Positions 38,302 through 48,764 of a stretch of DNA of 64,000 nucleotides are shown in pieces; the stretch's first letter is position 1; every line of letters begins with the position of its first letter. The position numbers and the translations under genes were made by a program. Location: NCBI GenBank assembly GCA_965223845.1, contig CBDCXR010000004.1:2336001-2400000 (forward strand). The letters run 5' to 3'. Under the pieces are notes generated by a model. It saw only the letters and a program-made list of their open reading frames with translations, was not told the DNA's origin and did not search any database. The DNA comes from Planctomycetota bacterium (GTDB lineage Bacteria > Planctomycetota > UBA8108 > SXIK01).

Positions 38302-38513
38302 GCGACGAGTCTCGAAGCGATCTGGGCTCGGTTTGGACCAGCGCGATCCGGCGCCGGCTCCGGCCAATCGAATGCATTCCGCGGGACGCGGACGCTTTGC
38401 GAACAGCGCGGCACAACGAACAGCGATAGGGAAAGAGAGGCGTCGCCGGCCCCACCGCGTCGACCGCCCCCGCGGACTCGGCGTCTCGGCTGGTGCCCCT
38501 GGAAGCCCTTACT

Positions 38514-38540
38514 ATCCTACCATCGGGGACTTTTCGTCAA
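38514..38540 (-). promoter_or_regulatory. Putative sigma70 promoter
   Basis: Minus strand TTGACG-15 nt-(TGg)TAGGAT: an extended -10 with a short spacer. Confidence 0.45.
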
Positions 38541-38681
38541 CCGCCCCGTCGGTCTCGCCGCTCCCCGCGAAAAAGAGCGGCCGGAAGACGCCCTGAGGAA
38601 CGTCTTCCGGCCGCGATCCTGCCGCCCCGTACGCTAGACCGGCGCAACCCGCACACACGCCCGAACGAGGGCGTAAGAACC

Positions 38682-40622
38682 CTATTCGGAGGGCTTCTCT
38701 CCGTCCGCGGGCTCGCTCGCAGCTTCCTCGGGAGCGGCCTCCCCGCTTTCGGCGGGAGCAGCTTCCTCGGCCGGAGCCGTCGTTTCGGTCGTCTCGGGCG
38801 CACTCTCCGCCTCAGCCGCGGGCTCGGCAGTTTCGGCGGGCTCCGCCGCTGCGGCCGGCTCCGCTTCGGCGCTCGGCGCGGCCTCCGCGGCGGGCTCCGC
38901 CGCCGCAGCCGTACCGGTGTCGTCGCCACCATCTTCCGTCTGCGCTTGATAGCGCGCGAGAGCGGTCTCCGCCTCGTCGGCATCGACTCCCTTCAGACTG
39001 AGACCGATCTTCCTCTGATCGACGTCGACCTTGATCACCTTGACGACGACCGTCTCGCCGACCTTCACCACCTCCTCCGGCGTCGCGACCTTGCGGTCCG
39101 CGAGTTCGGAGATGTGAAGGAGACCTTCGAGCTCGTCGTCGAGCTTCACGAACACACCGAAGTTCGTGATCTTCGTCACTTCGCCGACGACGATCGTTCC
39201 GATGATGAAGCGCGCGGGGATCTCGACCTCCCACGGATCCTGCTCGAGCTGCTTGATGCCGAGCGCGATCCGCTTTCGCTCCTGGTCGACCTGAAGGACC
39301 ATCGCACGGATGTTGTCGCCCTTCTTCACCACCTCGCTCGGGTGGATCACCTTTCGCGTCCACGACATGTCGGCGACGTGGAGAAGGCCGTCGATGCCGT
39401 CCTCGAGCTCGACGAACGCACCGTAGTTGGTCAGGTTCCGGACCTTGCCTTCGATGATCGTTCCCGGCGGGTACTTCCCTTCAACCTGCGTCCAGGGGTT
39501 GACCCCGACCTGCTTCATGCCGAGCGAGATCTCTTGCTTCTCCTTCTTGATCTCGAGGACGACGACCTCGATCTCCTCACCCACGGAGACGACCTGGTTC
39601 GGATGGCTGATCCGCTTCGTCCAGGACATCTCGGAAATGTGGACGAGCCCTTCGACGCCCTCCTCGAGCTGGACGAACGCGCCGTAGGAAAGAACGTTGA
39701 CGACCGTGCCCTTCGCCTTCGATCCGACGGGGTACTTCGTCTCGATGTTCGTCCACGGACTCTCTTGCCGCTGCTTGAGACCGAGCGAGATCCGCTCCTT
39801 CTCCTTGTCGACTTTGAGGACCTTAATCTCGAGCTCCTGCTCGATCTTGAGGAGCTCCGAGGGGTGATTGATCCGTCCCCAGCTCATGTCGGTGATGTGG
39901 AGGAGGCCGTCGATCCCGCCGAGATCGACGAAGGCACCGAAGTCCGTGATGTTCTTCACAACACCCTTGCGGACCTGACCGATCTCGATGTCGGCGAGGA
40001 GCTGGTTCTTCTGCGCTTCGCGCTTCTCCTCGAGGAGCTTCCGACGCGAGACGACGATGTTCATCCGCGACTCGTCGATCTTGATGATCTTACACTCGAG
40101 ATCCTGACCGATGTACTCGGCGATGTCGCCCGTTCGGCGGATCCCGATCTGCGATGCCGGAAGAAAGACCGGAACGCCGATGTCGACGAGCAGTCCACCC
40201 TTGATCTTCCGCGCCACCTTGCCGCGAACGACGTCCCCTTCGTTGTACGTCGTGATGACGCGCTCCCAGCCGCGGATGCGATCGGCCTTCCGCTTCGAGA
40301 GCATCAACATCCCGTTCTCGTCCTCGTCGATCGACTCGAGGAGGACTTCCACCTCGTCGTCGACGCTGACCTCTTCGGGATTGTCGAATTGCTCGAGGGG
40401 TACGACACCCTCGGACTTGTAGCCGATGTCGACGATCACGTCGCTCGAGAGCTTATTGACGATCTTGCCCGTGATGATCTTCTCGGCTTCGAACTCCTTG
40501 ACGGACTGATTGTAGATCGAGTCCATCGCTTCGACGCTCTTTCCTCCGAGCGCTTCCTCCATCTGCTTGAGGATGTCGGCGTCGTCGAGCTCGAACTGCT
40601 TCACGAGGGGGTTGGTGGACAT
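38682..40622 (-). CDS. rpsA: 30S ribosomal protein S1
   Basis: Six S1 repeats (e.g. [24 protein letters not shown]) and an acidic Ala/Glu/Pro tail. Confidence 0.98.
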   Translation of the reverse strand: MSTNPLVKQFELDDADILKQMEEALGGKSVEAMDSIYNQSVKEFEAEKIITGKIVNKLSSDVIVDIGYKSEGVVPLEQFDNPEEVSVDDEVEVLLESIDEDENGMLMLSKRKADRIRGWERVITTYNEGDVVRGKVARKIKGGLLVDIGVPVFLPASQIGIRRTGDIAEYIGQDLECKIIKIDESRMNIVVSRRKLLEEKREAQKNQLLADIEIGQVRKGVVKNITDFGAFVDLGGIDGLLHITDMSWGRINHPSELLKIEQELEIKVLKVDKEKERISLGLKQRQESPWTNIETKYPVGSKAKGTVVNVLSYGAFVQLEEGVEGLVHISEMSWTKRISHPNQVVSVGEEIEVVVLEIKKEKQEISLGMKQVGVNPWTQVEGKYPPGTIIEGKVRNLTNYGAFVELEDGIDGLLHVADMSWTRKVIHPSEVVKKGDNIRAMVLQVDQERKRIALGIKQLEQDPWEVEIPARFIIGTIVVGEVTKITNFGVFVKLDDELEGLLHISELADRKVATPEEVVKVGETVVVKVIKVDVDQRKIGLSLKGVDADEAETALARYQAQTEDGGDDTGTAAAAEPAAEAAPSAEAEPAAAAEPAETAEPAAEAESAPETTETTAPAEEAAPAESGEAAPEEAASEPADGEKPSE

Positions 40623-40715
40623 AGGGATCCGTGGACCTTTCCGACCTGGCTTCTGCGGCGATCGCCGCTGGGGTTGCGATCGAGTCCGGCGCTCCTGCCG
40701 AGCGCGCGCCGTCGA

Positions 40716-41465
40716 TCAGTCTTCGTTCGATGGGGAAGGGCTCTCGACCGCCTCCCCGGTCTGCGACTCGTCCGCGAAGATCCGCTCCGCGCCCGCGTCG
40801 CGCGCCAGGTCGCGCCACGCGGCTCGGAGCCGCTCGAGGAACGAATCGTACGATTCTTTCTTTACGTACTGGATCGGCGAACCGAACCACACCGCAATAG
40901 GGTGACGCTTCGGCCACCGCCGCCCGCGCGGCCACGCCTCGAACGTGCCGAGGACGAGGACGGGGACCACCGGCGCGCCGCTTCGCTTCGCCACGAGGGC
41001 GATCCCTGATTGCAAACGCTGCACTCTACCATCGGGGCTGCGCGTTCCCTCAGGAAAAAACGCGAGGACGCGGTTCGCTTCGAGCGCACGGAGCGAGATC
41101 CTCAAGCCCTCGATCGCGCCGCGCTCCGGCGTGCGATCGACGGGGATGGAGCCGAGCTTCCGCAGGTACCAAGCGCCCAGCCGACGGCGAAAGAGCGTGT
41201 CCTTCGCGAGATACGCGAGTGGGCGCTTCGCGGCGCATCCGACCACCGGCGGATCGAGATTGCTCTGGTGGGTGCAAGCGAGGATGACGGGCCCCGATTC
41301 CGGGACGCTCTCCCGGTGGTACCGCCGAAATTGAAAGAAGAGTCTGAGAACGAGGCGACAGAAGCCTCGCGTGACGCCGTGGACACTGAGGAGCCCCGGC
41401 TCGGGACCGATCGCGGTCAGCTCGCCCGTCCGCCCGCTCTCCGCCGCTCCGCCTCCCGTTGGCAT
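40716..41465 (-). CDS. plsC: 1-acyl-sn-glycerol-3-phosphate acyltransferase
   Basis: HQSNLD (HX4D), YLAK and FPEGTRS. Confidence 0.93.
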   Translation of the reverse strand: MPTGGGAAESGRTGELTAIGPEPGLLSVHGVTRGFCRLVLRLFFQFRRYHRESVPESGPVILACTHQSNLDPPVVGCAAKRPLAYLAKDTLFRRRLGAWYLRKLGSIPVDRTPERGAIEGLRISLRALEANRVLAFFPEGTRSPDGRVQRLQSGIALVAKRSGAPVVPVLVLGTFEAWPRGRRWPKRHPIAVWFGSPIQYVKKESYDSFLERLRAAWRDLARDAGAERIFADESQTGEAVESPSPSNED

Positions 41466-41498
41466 CGACCTTCCCCGTCGAATTCGATTTGCCGAGAT

Positions 41499-42185
41499 TC
41501 ACTCCGGCGCCGCCTCGAACGCCCGGACGTGCCCGACGAGCGCCGCGACGACGCCGGCGGCGTCCAGCCCGTCGGTCTCGACGACCGTCGCACCCGGCGG
41601 GACGACGAGCGGTGCGTGCTCGCGCTCGCGATCGTGGCGATCGCGGCGGAGCGTCTCGGCGAGAACGTCGTCGTACGATTTCGAGTGACCCGCGGCCTCG
41701 AGATCGCGCCAGGCCCGCCGCGCCCTCTCCTCCGCCGTCGCGTCGAGGAAGAACTTGAGCGGCGCATCGGGAAAAATCACGGTGCCCATGTCGCGTCCCT
41801 CCGCGACCACTCCGGGCGGCCGCGCGAAGCCGCGCTGAAACTCCACGAGGAGCTCGCGATATTCGCCGTTGTTCGCAATCCGGTAAACCTGCGGCGTAAC
41901 GTCCGGCGCCTTGAGCCGGTCGGTGACTTCTCGGTCGCCGATGTAGACGCGAGTCCGATCGTTTTCCTCGAACCGGAGCGCAAGCTTTCCGATCAATCGA
42001 CCGACGAGGCCGGCGTCGTCGAACTCGCCGCCCGATTCGAGGACGAGGAGGGTCACCGCGCGGTAAATGAAGCCGGAGTTGAGATACGTGAGCTCCAGCT
42101 CGCGTGCGAGGCGACGCGCCACCGTGCTCTTTCCCGCGCCGGCGGGACCGTCGATGGTGATGACGAGGGAAGGGGAGTCGGGCAT
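41499..42185 (-). CDS. cmk: Cytidylate kinase
   Basis: ITIDGPAGAGKSTVA, EGRDMGTVIFPDA and RD..D..R..APL. Confidence 0.96.
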   Translation of the reverse strand: MPDSPSLVITIDGPAGAGKSTVARRLARELELTYLNSGFIYRAVTLLVLESGGEFDDAGLVGRLIGKLALRFEENDRTRVYIGDREVTDRLKAPDVTPQVYRIANNGEYRELLVEFQRGFARPPGVVAEGRDMGTVIFPDAPLKFFLDATAEERARRAWRDLEAAGHSKSYDDVLAETLRRDRHDREREHAPLVVPPGATVVETDGLDAAGVVAALVGHVRAFEAAPE

Positions 42186-42216
42186 CGTGTAGGCCGGGTG
42201 ACGGTGAGGCTCGCGG

Positions 42217-43215
42217 TCAGTCGGAATCTAGTCGCGAGACGCTGTCGACCGGAACGACGGTCCCGGGCGGGAGAGCGCTATTGAGGCTCCCGGAGCGGAA
42301 GCCCTCGACGTCGAGTGCGACGAAAAGGAAACCGGCGGCTTTGACCACACGCGCGACGTCCGCCCGCCGGGCGGGATCGGCGAACACCGCGAGATCCTCG
42401 GGCGGCAGTTCGACCCTCGCGACCTGCCCGTGGTGCCGCACCCGCAAAACGCGGAACCCGAGCGACCGGAGACCCGCCTCCGCACTCTCGACCTGACGCA
42501 GTTTCTCGTGGGTCACCTCGCTCCCGTAGGGGATGCGCGAAGCGAGGCACGGCGCGGCAGGCTTGTCCCAAGTCGGAAGACCGAGCGCGCGCGAATAGCG
42601 ACGAATCGCGTTCTTGTTGAGCCCACACTCGAGGAGTGGGCTCCTCACGCCGCGCTCCGATTTCGCGCGAAGTCCCGGACGATAGTCGGCGGTGTCGTCG
42701 GCGTTCGAGCCATCGAGGACGTAAGGGATTCCGCGGGAGGAGGCAAACTCTCGCACCTTGTCGAAGAGCTCGCTCTTACAGTGGTAGCAACGGTTTTCGT
42801 CGTTCTTCCGATAATTCGGGTTCGAGTACTCGTCGGTGCGCAGGATCTCGAGCGGGGCCCCCATGCTCGCCGCGAGGTCGCGGGCGGCGACGAACTCGTT
42901 TCGGTCGAGGCTCTCCGAGTGAGCGAGGACACCCGTCGCGCGGTCGCCGAGCACGGCGTGAGCCACCCGGAGGAGGAACGCGCTGTCGACTCCGCCCGAG
43001 TAGGCCACGGCGACGCGATCGAGCTCGATGAGCGCGTCGAAGAGCGCGACGAACTCGCGCTCCGCGAACACCGGATCGGCGAATCCGGCGGCGACGACGC
43101 GCGCGGGAACGCACGGGGACGTGTCAGCTTCGCCGACCGGGCCGGATTCGGCCGAGTCGTACGGGGGACGGGTGTCCCGCGCCGAAGTGAGGTTCGTTCT
43201 CGTCCGTCGCACCAT
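42217..43215 (-). CDS. larE: ATP-dependent sulfur transferase LarE (PP-loop)
   Basis: AYSGGVDS, RCYHCK, DGSNADD..DYRPG, PCLASRIPYG and GFRSGSLN. The start is uncertain (43215 or further downstream). Confidence 0.93.
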   Translation of the reverse strand: MVRRTRTNLTSARDTRPPYDSAESGPVGEADTSPCVPARVVAAGFADPVFAEREFVALFDALIELDRVAVAYSGGVDSAFLLRVAHAVLGDRATGVLAHSESLDRNEFVAARDLAASMGAPLEILRTDEYSNPNYRKNDENRCYHCKSELFDKVREFASSRGIPYVLDGSNADDTADYRPGLRAKSERGVRSPLLECGLNKNAIRRYSRALGLPTWDKPAAPCLASRIPYGSEVTHEKLRQVESAEAGLRSLGFRVLRVRHHGQVARVELPPEDLAVFADPARRADVARVVKAAGFLFVALDVEGFRSGSLNSALPPGTVVPVDSVSRLDSD

Positions 43216-43257
43216 GTGTCTAGCGTCCCGCGTGCTCAGCTCTCCGATCGAAACCGC

Positions 43258-43266
43258 ATGATACCA
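43258..43266 (-). promoter_or_regulatory. Extended -10 for the larE-cmk-plsC-rpsA run
   Basis: Minus strand TGgTATCAT. Confidence 0.45.
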
Positions 43267-43352
43267 CGACTCGCGAGGGTTTCCGTCGGCGCCTTGTCCC
43301 ACCGCGGGGACTCGAGTTCAATGAGCGTTCGTCCCGACGGGATCGCCTCGCC

Positions 43353-44063
43353 ATGCCTTTCCTCTACACATTCGCCGCCTGTCTGATCGCTTACCTCGTC
43401 GGCAGCGTTCCGTTTGGCCTTCTGCTCGGCTTCCTTCGCGGGACCGACATCCGGCGTCACGGAAGTGGCAACATCGGCGCAACGAATCTCGCGCGGACGC
43501 TCGGGGCGCGCTGGGGCGCCGCCGCGTTCGTCCTCGATTTCGCCAAGGGCCTCGGGCCCACGCTCGCGGCGGTTTGGCTCGTCGGCTCGAACTCAGAACG
43601 ATTCTGGCTCGGCGCGAGCGGCTGGGTTCCCGTCCTCGTCGGCATCGCGGCCTTCAGCGGCCACGTGTTTCCCATCTACCTCCGGTTTCGCGGAGGGAAG
43701 GGAGTCGCCACCGCCTTCGGAGTCGTCGCGGCTCTCGCGTGGCTCCCCACCGCGATCGCGGCCGCGATTTGGGTTCTTCTCTTCGCATTGACCAGAACGG
43801 TGTCGATCGCATCGATCGTCGGAGCGGGATTTCACCCGATCGCCGTGGCCCTCCTCCGCCCGGGAGACGACGTCGGGGTGTACGTTCCGATCCAAGTCGC
43901 GAGCGTCGTCGCGGCCCTGCTCATCGTCGTTCGTCACCGAGCGAACATCGCGCGGCTGATCGCAGGGACGGAGTCGTCCTTCCGCCGCGGGCGATCGACG
44001 TCCGAGTCGCCACCGAAGTCGGGTGACGACAGCGACGCCGAAGGCGCGGAGAAGACGAAATGA
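43353..44063 (+). CDS. plsY: Glycerol-3-phosphate 1-O-acyltransferase
   Basis: YLVGSVPFG, DIRRHGSGNIGATN, GHVFP.Y..FRGGKGVAT and RHRANI.RL..GTE. Confidence 0.97.
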   Translation: MPFLYTFAACLIAYLVGSVPFGLLLGFLRGTDIRRHGSGNIGATNLARTLGARWGAAAFVLDFAKGLGPTLAAVWLVGSNSERFWLGASGWVPVLVGIAAFSGHVFPIYLRFRGGKGVATAFGVVAALAWLPTAIAAAIWVLLFALTRTVSIASIVGAGFHPIAVALLRPGDDVGVYVPIQVASVVAALLIVVRHRANIARLIAGTESSFRRGRSTSESPPKSGDDSDAEGAEKTK

Positions 44064-45085
44064 AGGAAGACCCGAGCACCACTCAAGATCGCCGAGCCGT
44101 GCTCGTGCTCGGCTCGGGGGCCTGGGGAACGGCGATCGCGATGCTCCTCGACGCGCGCGGACACGACGTGCGCGTATGGGGTCACGACGCAGACTACGCG
44201 GAAGATATTCAGCGCACGCGGCGAAATCCGAAGTACCTTCCGGACGTCGAGATTCCCGGCGCGATCGAGTTCAGCGGCGATGCAGCTCGACTGGCAGAAG
44301 GCGCGACGACCGTGTTCAGCGTCGTCCCGACGCAGTGTCTCACGGCGACGCTCGATTCGATCGCCGCTTCCCTGCCGGAAGAAGCCGACTACGTGTCGTG
44401 CTCGAAGGGATTCGAGATCGGATCGCTTCTTCGCCCGTCGGAAATCCTCGCGCGACGCTTCGAGCGGGCGGGGGTCGTCGTCCTCAGCGGGCCGAGCCAC
44501 GCCGAGGAAGTTTCGCGCTTCCTCCCCGCCGCACTGGTCGCCGCGGCCGACCACGCTCCGTCCGGCGAGCGTGTGCAGAGTCTTCTCACCGGGCCATCGG
44601 TTCGTGTGTACACGAGCGCGGACGTCGTCGGCGTCGAAATCGGCGGGGCGACGAAGAACGTGATCGCCATCGCGTGCGGAATCGCCGACGGCCTCGGATT
44701 CGGGATCAATACGAGGTCGGCACTGATGACGCGGGGGCTCCACGAGATTCGACGACTCGGACTCGCACTCGGCGGCGAACGCGCGAGCTTCTCGGGACTC
44801 TCGGGAATGGGGGATCTCGTCGCGACGTGCTCGAGTCGCCTGTCTCGAAACTACTCCGTCGGCGAACGGATCGGGCGCGGCGAGACGCTGGATGCAATCC
44901 TGGCCTCGACGACGAAGGTGGCCGAGGGAGTCCCGACGACGCGGTCGGTGCGGGCGTTGTCGGAGACGCGAGGGGTCGATCTCCCGATCACGCGCGAGGT
45001 GCACCGCGTGCTCTTCGAGGGTGGGACTGCGCGCTCGGCCGTCGAGGCCTTGATGGCTCGGGAGGCTCGTCCGGAGTCGGATTAG
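44060..45085 (+). CDS. gpsA: NAD(P)H-dependent glycerol-3-phosphate dehydrogenase
   Basis: GSGAWGTA, SKG, SGPSHA.EV, KNVIAIA.G, GDLVATC.S.LSRN and AEGV.T; ATGA overlap with plsY. Confidence 0.97.
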   Translation: MKEDPSTTQDRRAVLVLGSGAWGTAIAMLLDARGHDVRVWGHDADYAEDIQRTRRNPKYLPDVEIPGAIEFSGDAARLAEGATTVFSVVPTQCLTATLDSIAASLPEEADYVSCSKGFEIGSLLRPSEILARRFERAGVVVLSGPSHAEEVSRFLPAALVAAADHAPSGERVQSLLTGPSVRVYTSADVVGVEIGGATKNVIAIACGIADGLGFGINTRSALMTRGLHEIRRLGLALGGERASFSGLSGMGDLVATCSSRLSRNYSVGERIGRGETLDAILASTTKVAEGVPTTRSVRALSETRGVDLPITREVHRVLFEGGTARSAVEALMAREARPESD

Positions 45086-45111
45086 GCGCGGGGAAGAGAT
45101 GGACCACGACG

Positions 45112-45963
45112 ATGAGTGAATCGCTGTCTCCCAGTTCTCGTGTCGTGCCTTGCTCTCGCGCCGCCGATGGATCTTCGGTTCTCGCCGATTCGAGCGATGT
45201 CGTCGTGGTCGAGGAGCCGCTCGAGCTCCGTGTCGACGGGCGGGCCATCGCGACGCTCATGCGGACGCCCTCTGACGATCGCGATCTCGCGCTTGGCTTC
45301 TTCTTCGGAGAAGGCTGGATCGAATCGCCGAGCGACGTCATGGCGCTCCAGATTTGCGGCTCAGCCGCGGAAGCCTCGGAAGCGAACAACGTGGTCGACC
45401 TCCGCCCGCGCCCCGGGCTCCGTCCCCCCGCAACGGGAGAGGATCGGATGGTGTCGACATCGAGCTGTGGGGTCTGCGGCAAGCGTACGATCGACGAGGT
45501 CTTCGCGCTCGCACCTCGCGCCGACTCGACGCGCCTAGACTCCCGCTCGGGCGCCCCCCTTCGCATCCCGCGCTCCTCCTTCGCGTTCTTCGCCGAGCGT
45601 CTTCGCGCCGGTCAAGAGGTGTTTGCGTCGACCGGGGCGCTTCACGGCGCGGCGCTCTTCGAGGGCGACGCGTGCCGGGTGATCCGCGAAGATGTCGGTC
45701 GCCACAACGCGGTAGACAAAGTCATCGGCTGGGCTTTTCTCAACGAGCGCCTGGCGCTCGATCGCTGCGTGCTTCAAGTGAGCGGACGGGTGAGCTTCGA
45801 GATCGTGCAGAAGGCCTACCGCGCGCGCATCCCGGTGATCTCGGCTGTCTCGGGAGTGTCCTCGCTCGCCATCGACCTCGCCGAGCGCGCGGGAATCACG
45901 CTCGTCGGGTTCCTCCGCGGAACGAGCTTCAACGTCTACTCGGGAGCCGAGCGGCTCGAGTAG
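45112..45963 (+). CDS. fdhD: Formate dehydrogenase accessory sulfurtransferase
   Basis: EEPL, LMRTP..D..LALGF, SSCGVCG, TGALH and [14 protein letters not shown]. The start is reassigned within the 646-aa ORF. Confidence 0.95.
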   Translation: MSESLSPSSRVVPCSRAADGSSVLADSSDVVVVEEPLELRVDGRAIATLMRTPSDDRDLALGFFFGEGWIESPSDVMALQICGSAAEASEANNVVDLRPRPGLRPPATGEDRMVSTSSCGVCGKRTIDEVFALAPRADSTRLDSRSGAPLRIPRSSFAFFAERLRAGQEVFASTGALHGAALFEGDACRVIREDVGRHNAVDKVIGWAFLNERLALDRCVLQVSGRVSFEIVQKAYRARIPVISAVSGVSSLAIDLAERAGITLVGFLRGTSFNVYSGAERLE

Positions 45964-46094
45964 TCCCGGTTGACCCTGGAACGCTTCGCACCCACCGGCC
46001 TCCTGCGGTGGCATTTCGGCCCGGCGAGAGCTATTCTCCACTTCTCGGTGCAACGTTGCCCCGAGAGAGAATCACCGCATTTCAGACGACCTCG

Positions 46095-46976
<882 letters not shown>

Positions 46977-47037
46977 ATCGCAGGCCGGGGTACCGCCCGC
47001 CGGCGGCGCGGTGCCGCGCGAGCGGGACGGCGATCGG

Positions 47038-47616
47038 ATGAAGCCCGTCGGCGTCCTCGCCCTCCAAGGATCGTTCCCGCTCCACGAGAGAGCGCTCCGC
47101 CGCCTCGGGGTCGACGTGCGCCGCGTGCGACGCGCGGCCGACCTCGAGGGTCTCCGCGGCTTGATCATTCCCGGCGGCGAGAGCACGACGATGTCGCATC
47201 TCGCGCGGGAGTACGAGCTGTTCGAACCGCTCGTCAGCGCGGCTCGGCGCGAGCTGCCGATCTTCGGCACTTGCGCCGGGGCGATCTTGCTCGCGCGCGG
47301 AGACGGTGATCCGCCCACGCTCGGCGTCGCGCCGATCGGCATCGAGCGGAACGCCTACGGCCGACAAGTCGACAGCTTCACGGCGCCCATATCGCTCTCG
47401 TTCGCCTCTCGACCGATCCACGGAGTGTTCATTCGAGCGCCTCGACTCGCGGAACCGGACGCGGGAAGCGGAGCGGAGGTCTTCGCGCGTCATGAGGGGA
47501 GCCCGGTACTTTTGCGCTGGTCGAATCTACTTTTGGGGACGTTTCATCCGGAGCTGACCGAGGATCTTCTGGTGCACAGGTACTTCCTCGGCATGTGCGG
47601 GGGCGAGGAAGAATGA
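47038..47616 (+). CDS. pdxT: Pyridoxal 5'-phosphate synthase glutaminase subunit
   Basis: GVLALQG, PGGESTT, GTCAG, RNAYGRQ, FIRAP and FHPEL. Confidence 0.97.
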   Translation: MKPVGVLALQGSFPLHERALRRLGVDVRRVRRAADLEGLRGLIIPGGESTTMSHLAREYELFEPLVSAARRELPIFGTCAGAILLARGDGDPPTLGVAPIGIERNAYGRQVDSFTAPISLSFASRPIHGVFIRAPRLAEPDAGSGAEVFARHEGSPVLLRWSNLLLGTFHPELTEDLLVHRYFLGMCGGEEE

Positions 47617-47695
47617 AGAGGGAAGAGGGAAGAAAGAAGAGAGGAGTTACCACGAAGGACACGAAGGGCAGGAAGGGAAGAGGAAGGAGAGAGGG
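47615..47695 (+). repeat. Purine-rich short tandem repeats: 4 x GAAGARR heptamer and 3 x CAsGAAGGR nonamer
   Basis: GAAGAGG GAAGAGG GAAGAAA GAAGAGA (47615-47642); CACGAAGGA CACGAAGGG CAGGAAGGG (47651-47677). Confidence 0.8.
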
Positions 47696-47765
47696 TAAGT
47701 AGCTGAGAGTGATGACGAGATATTAGTTTTTGGGGAATGGTTTTTGGATTTGTTGAGAGTGCGCA

Positions 47766-48749
47766 GTGACTGATTCGAGTTCTGGCGTTCGTCGCGATGT
47801 TGGGATCGCCCTCCGGGGGTTTTGCATGGGCGCGGCGGACGTCGTCCCCGGAGTCTCCGGTGGAACGATGGCGTTTATCCTCGGGATTTATGAGGAGCTC
47901 ATCGACAGTATCCGCTCGTTTGGACGGGGCGAGTTCCTGAGTGCTCTCCTCCGCGGTCGATTTCCGGCCGCGTGGCGCGCCGTGAACGGTCGCTTTCTCG
48001 TCGCGCTTGCCGCCGGGATCGGGACGGCGATCGTCGTTCTCGCGCATCTCATCGTTTCGCTCCTCGAGTCGCACGGCGTCTATGTCTGGAGCTTCTTCTT
48101 CGGGCTGATCGTAGCGTCGATCGCCGTCGTCGGCCGTCGCATCGACCGTTGGCGGCCGGCACTCCTCGGCGCACTCGCGGCGGGCACCGCTTTCGCCTAC
48201 GGGATCGTCGGTCTCGTTCCGGTGCAGACACCAGAGACGTGGTGGTTTCTCGTCGCGAGCGGAGCGATCGCGAGTTGCGCGATGATCCTCCCCGGAGTTT
48301 CCGGCGCGTTCCTCCTCGTTCTTCTCGGCAAGTACCGCTTCGTTCTCGACGCCGTGAAGACGATCGACGTCGCGACCATCGCGTGCGTCGGAATCGGCGC
48401 GACGCTCGGGATCATCACGTTCGCACAGATCCTCGGCTGGTTGTTTCGGCGCTACCACGACCTCGTCGTCACGCTCCTCGTCGGGCTGATGCTCGGAAGC
48501 CTCCGGAAAATCTGGCCGTGGAAAGAGGCTACCGAGTGGCTCCGCGACGATTCCGGGGCGATCGTCGAGATCTCCGGGGGGCAGCGCGTCCCCCTCGGCG
48601 AAACGAACGTGCTTCCGCCGATGGGCACCACCGCCGAGTGGCTCACCGTCGCCGGAGCGACGGCGCTCGCGCTTCTCGGGTGCGGGCTCGTTCTCCTCCT
48701 CGAGCGCTCCGCTCGGACCGGAGACCCGAGTGTTGCGCCGGGGAGCTGA
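47766..48749 (+). CDS. DUF368 family membrane protein (putative undecaprenyl-phosphate translocase family)
   Basis: MGAADVVPGVSGGTMA.ILGIY and the internal repeat AMILPGVSGA; multiple TM helices. Confidence 0.93.
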   Translation: MTDSSSGVRRDVGIALRGFCMGAADVVPGVSGGTMAFILGIYEELIDSIRSFGRGEFLSALLRGRFPAAWRAVNGRFLVALAAGIGTAIVVLAHLIVSLLESHGVYVWSFFFGLIVASIAVVGRRIDRWRPALLGALAAGTAFAYGIVGLVPVQTPETWWFLVASGAIASCAMILPGVSGAFLLVLLGKYRFVLDAVKTIDVATIACVGIGATLGIITFAQILGWLFRRYHDLVVTLLVGLMLGSLRKIWPWKEATEWLRDDSGAIVEISGGQRVPLGETNVLPPMGTTAEWLTVAGATALALLGCGLVLLLERSARTGDPSVAPGS

Positions 48750-48764
48750 TCTCTCGCCGACGAC

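Noticed and set aside
38493-41009. 838-aa ORF antisense to rpsA/plsC
   Set aside because: This is the same antisense shadow artefact of a highly biased gene.
44023-45963. 646-aa ORF suggesting a long fusion to FdhD
   Set aside because: The N-terminal 363 aa are an Arg-rich off-frame reading of gpsA. Real FdhD starts at about 45112. The extended PdxS, ECF sigma, HD and LysA ORFs were trimmed for similar reasons.
47605-47765. Repeat island as a CRISPR array or small ORF
   Set aside because: The units are 7-9 bp with no spacers, no cas genes are present, and there is no credible ORF.
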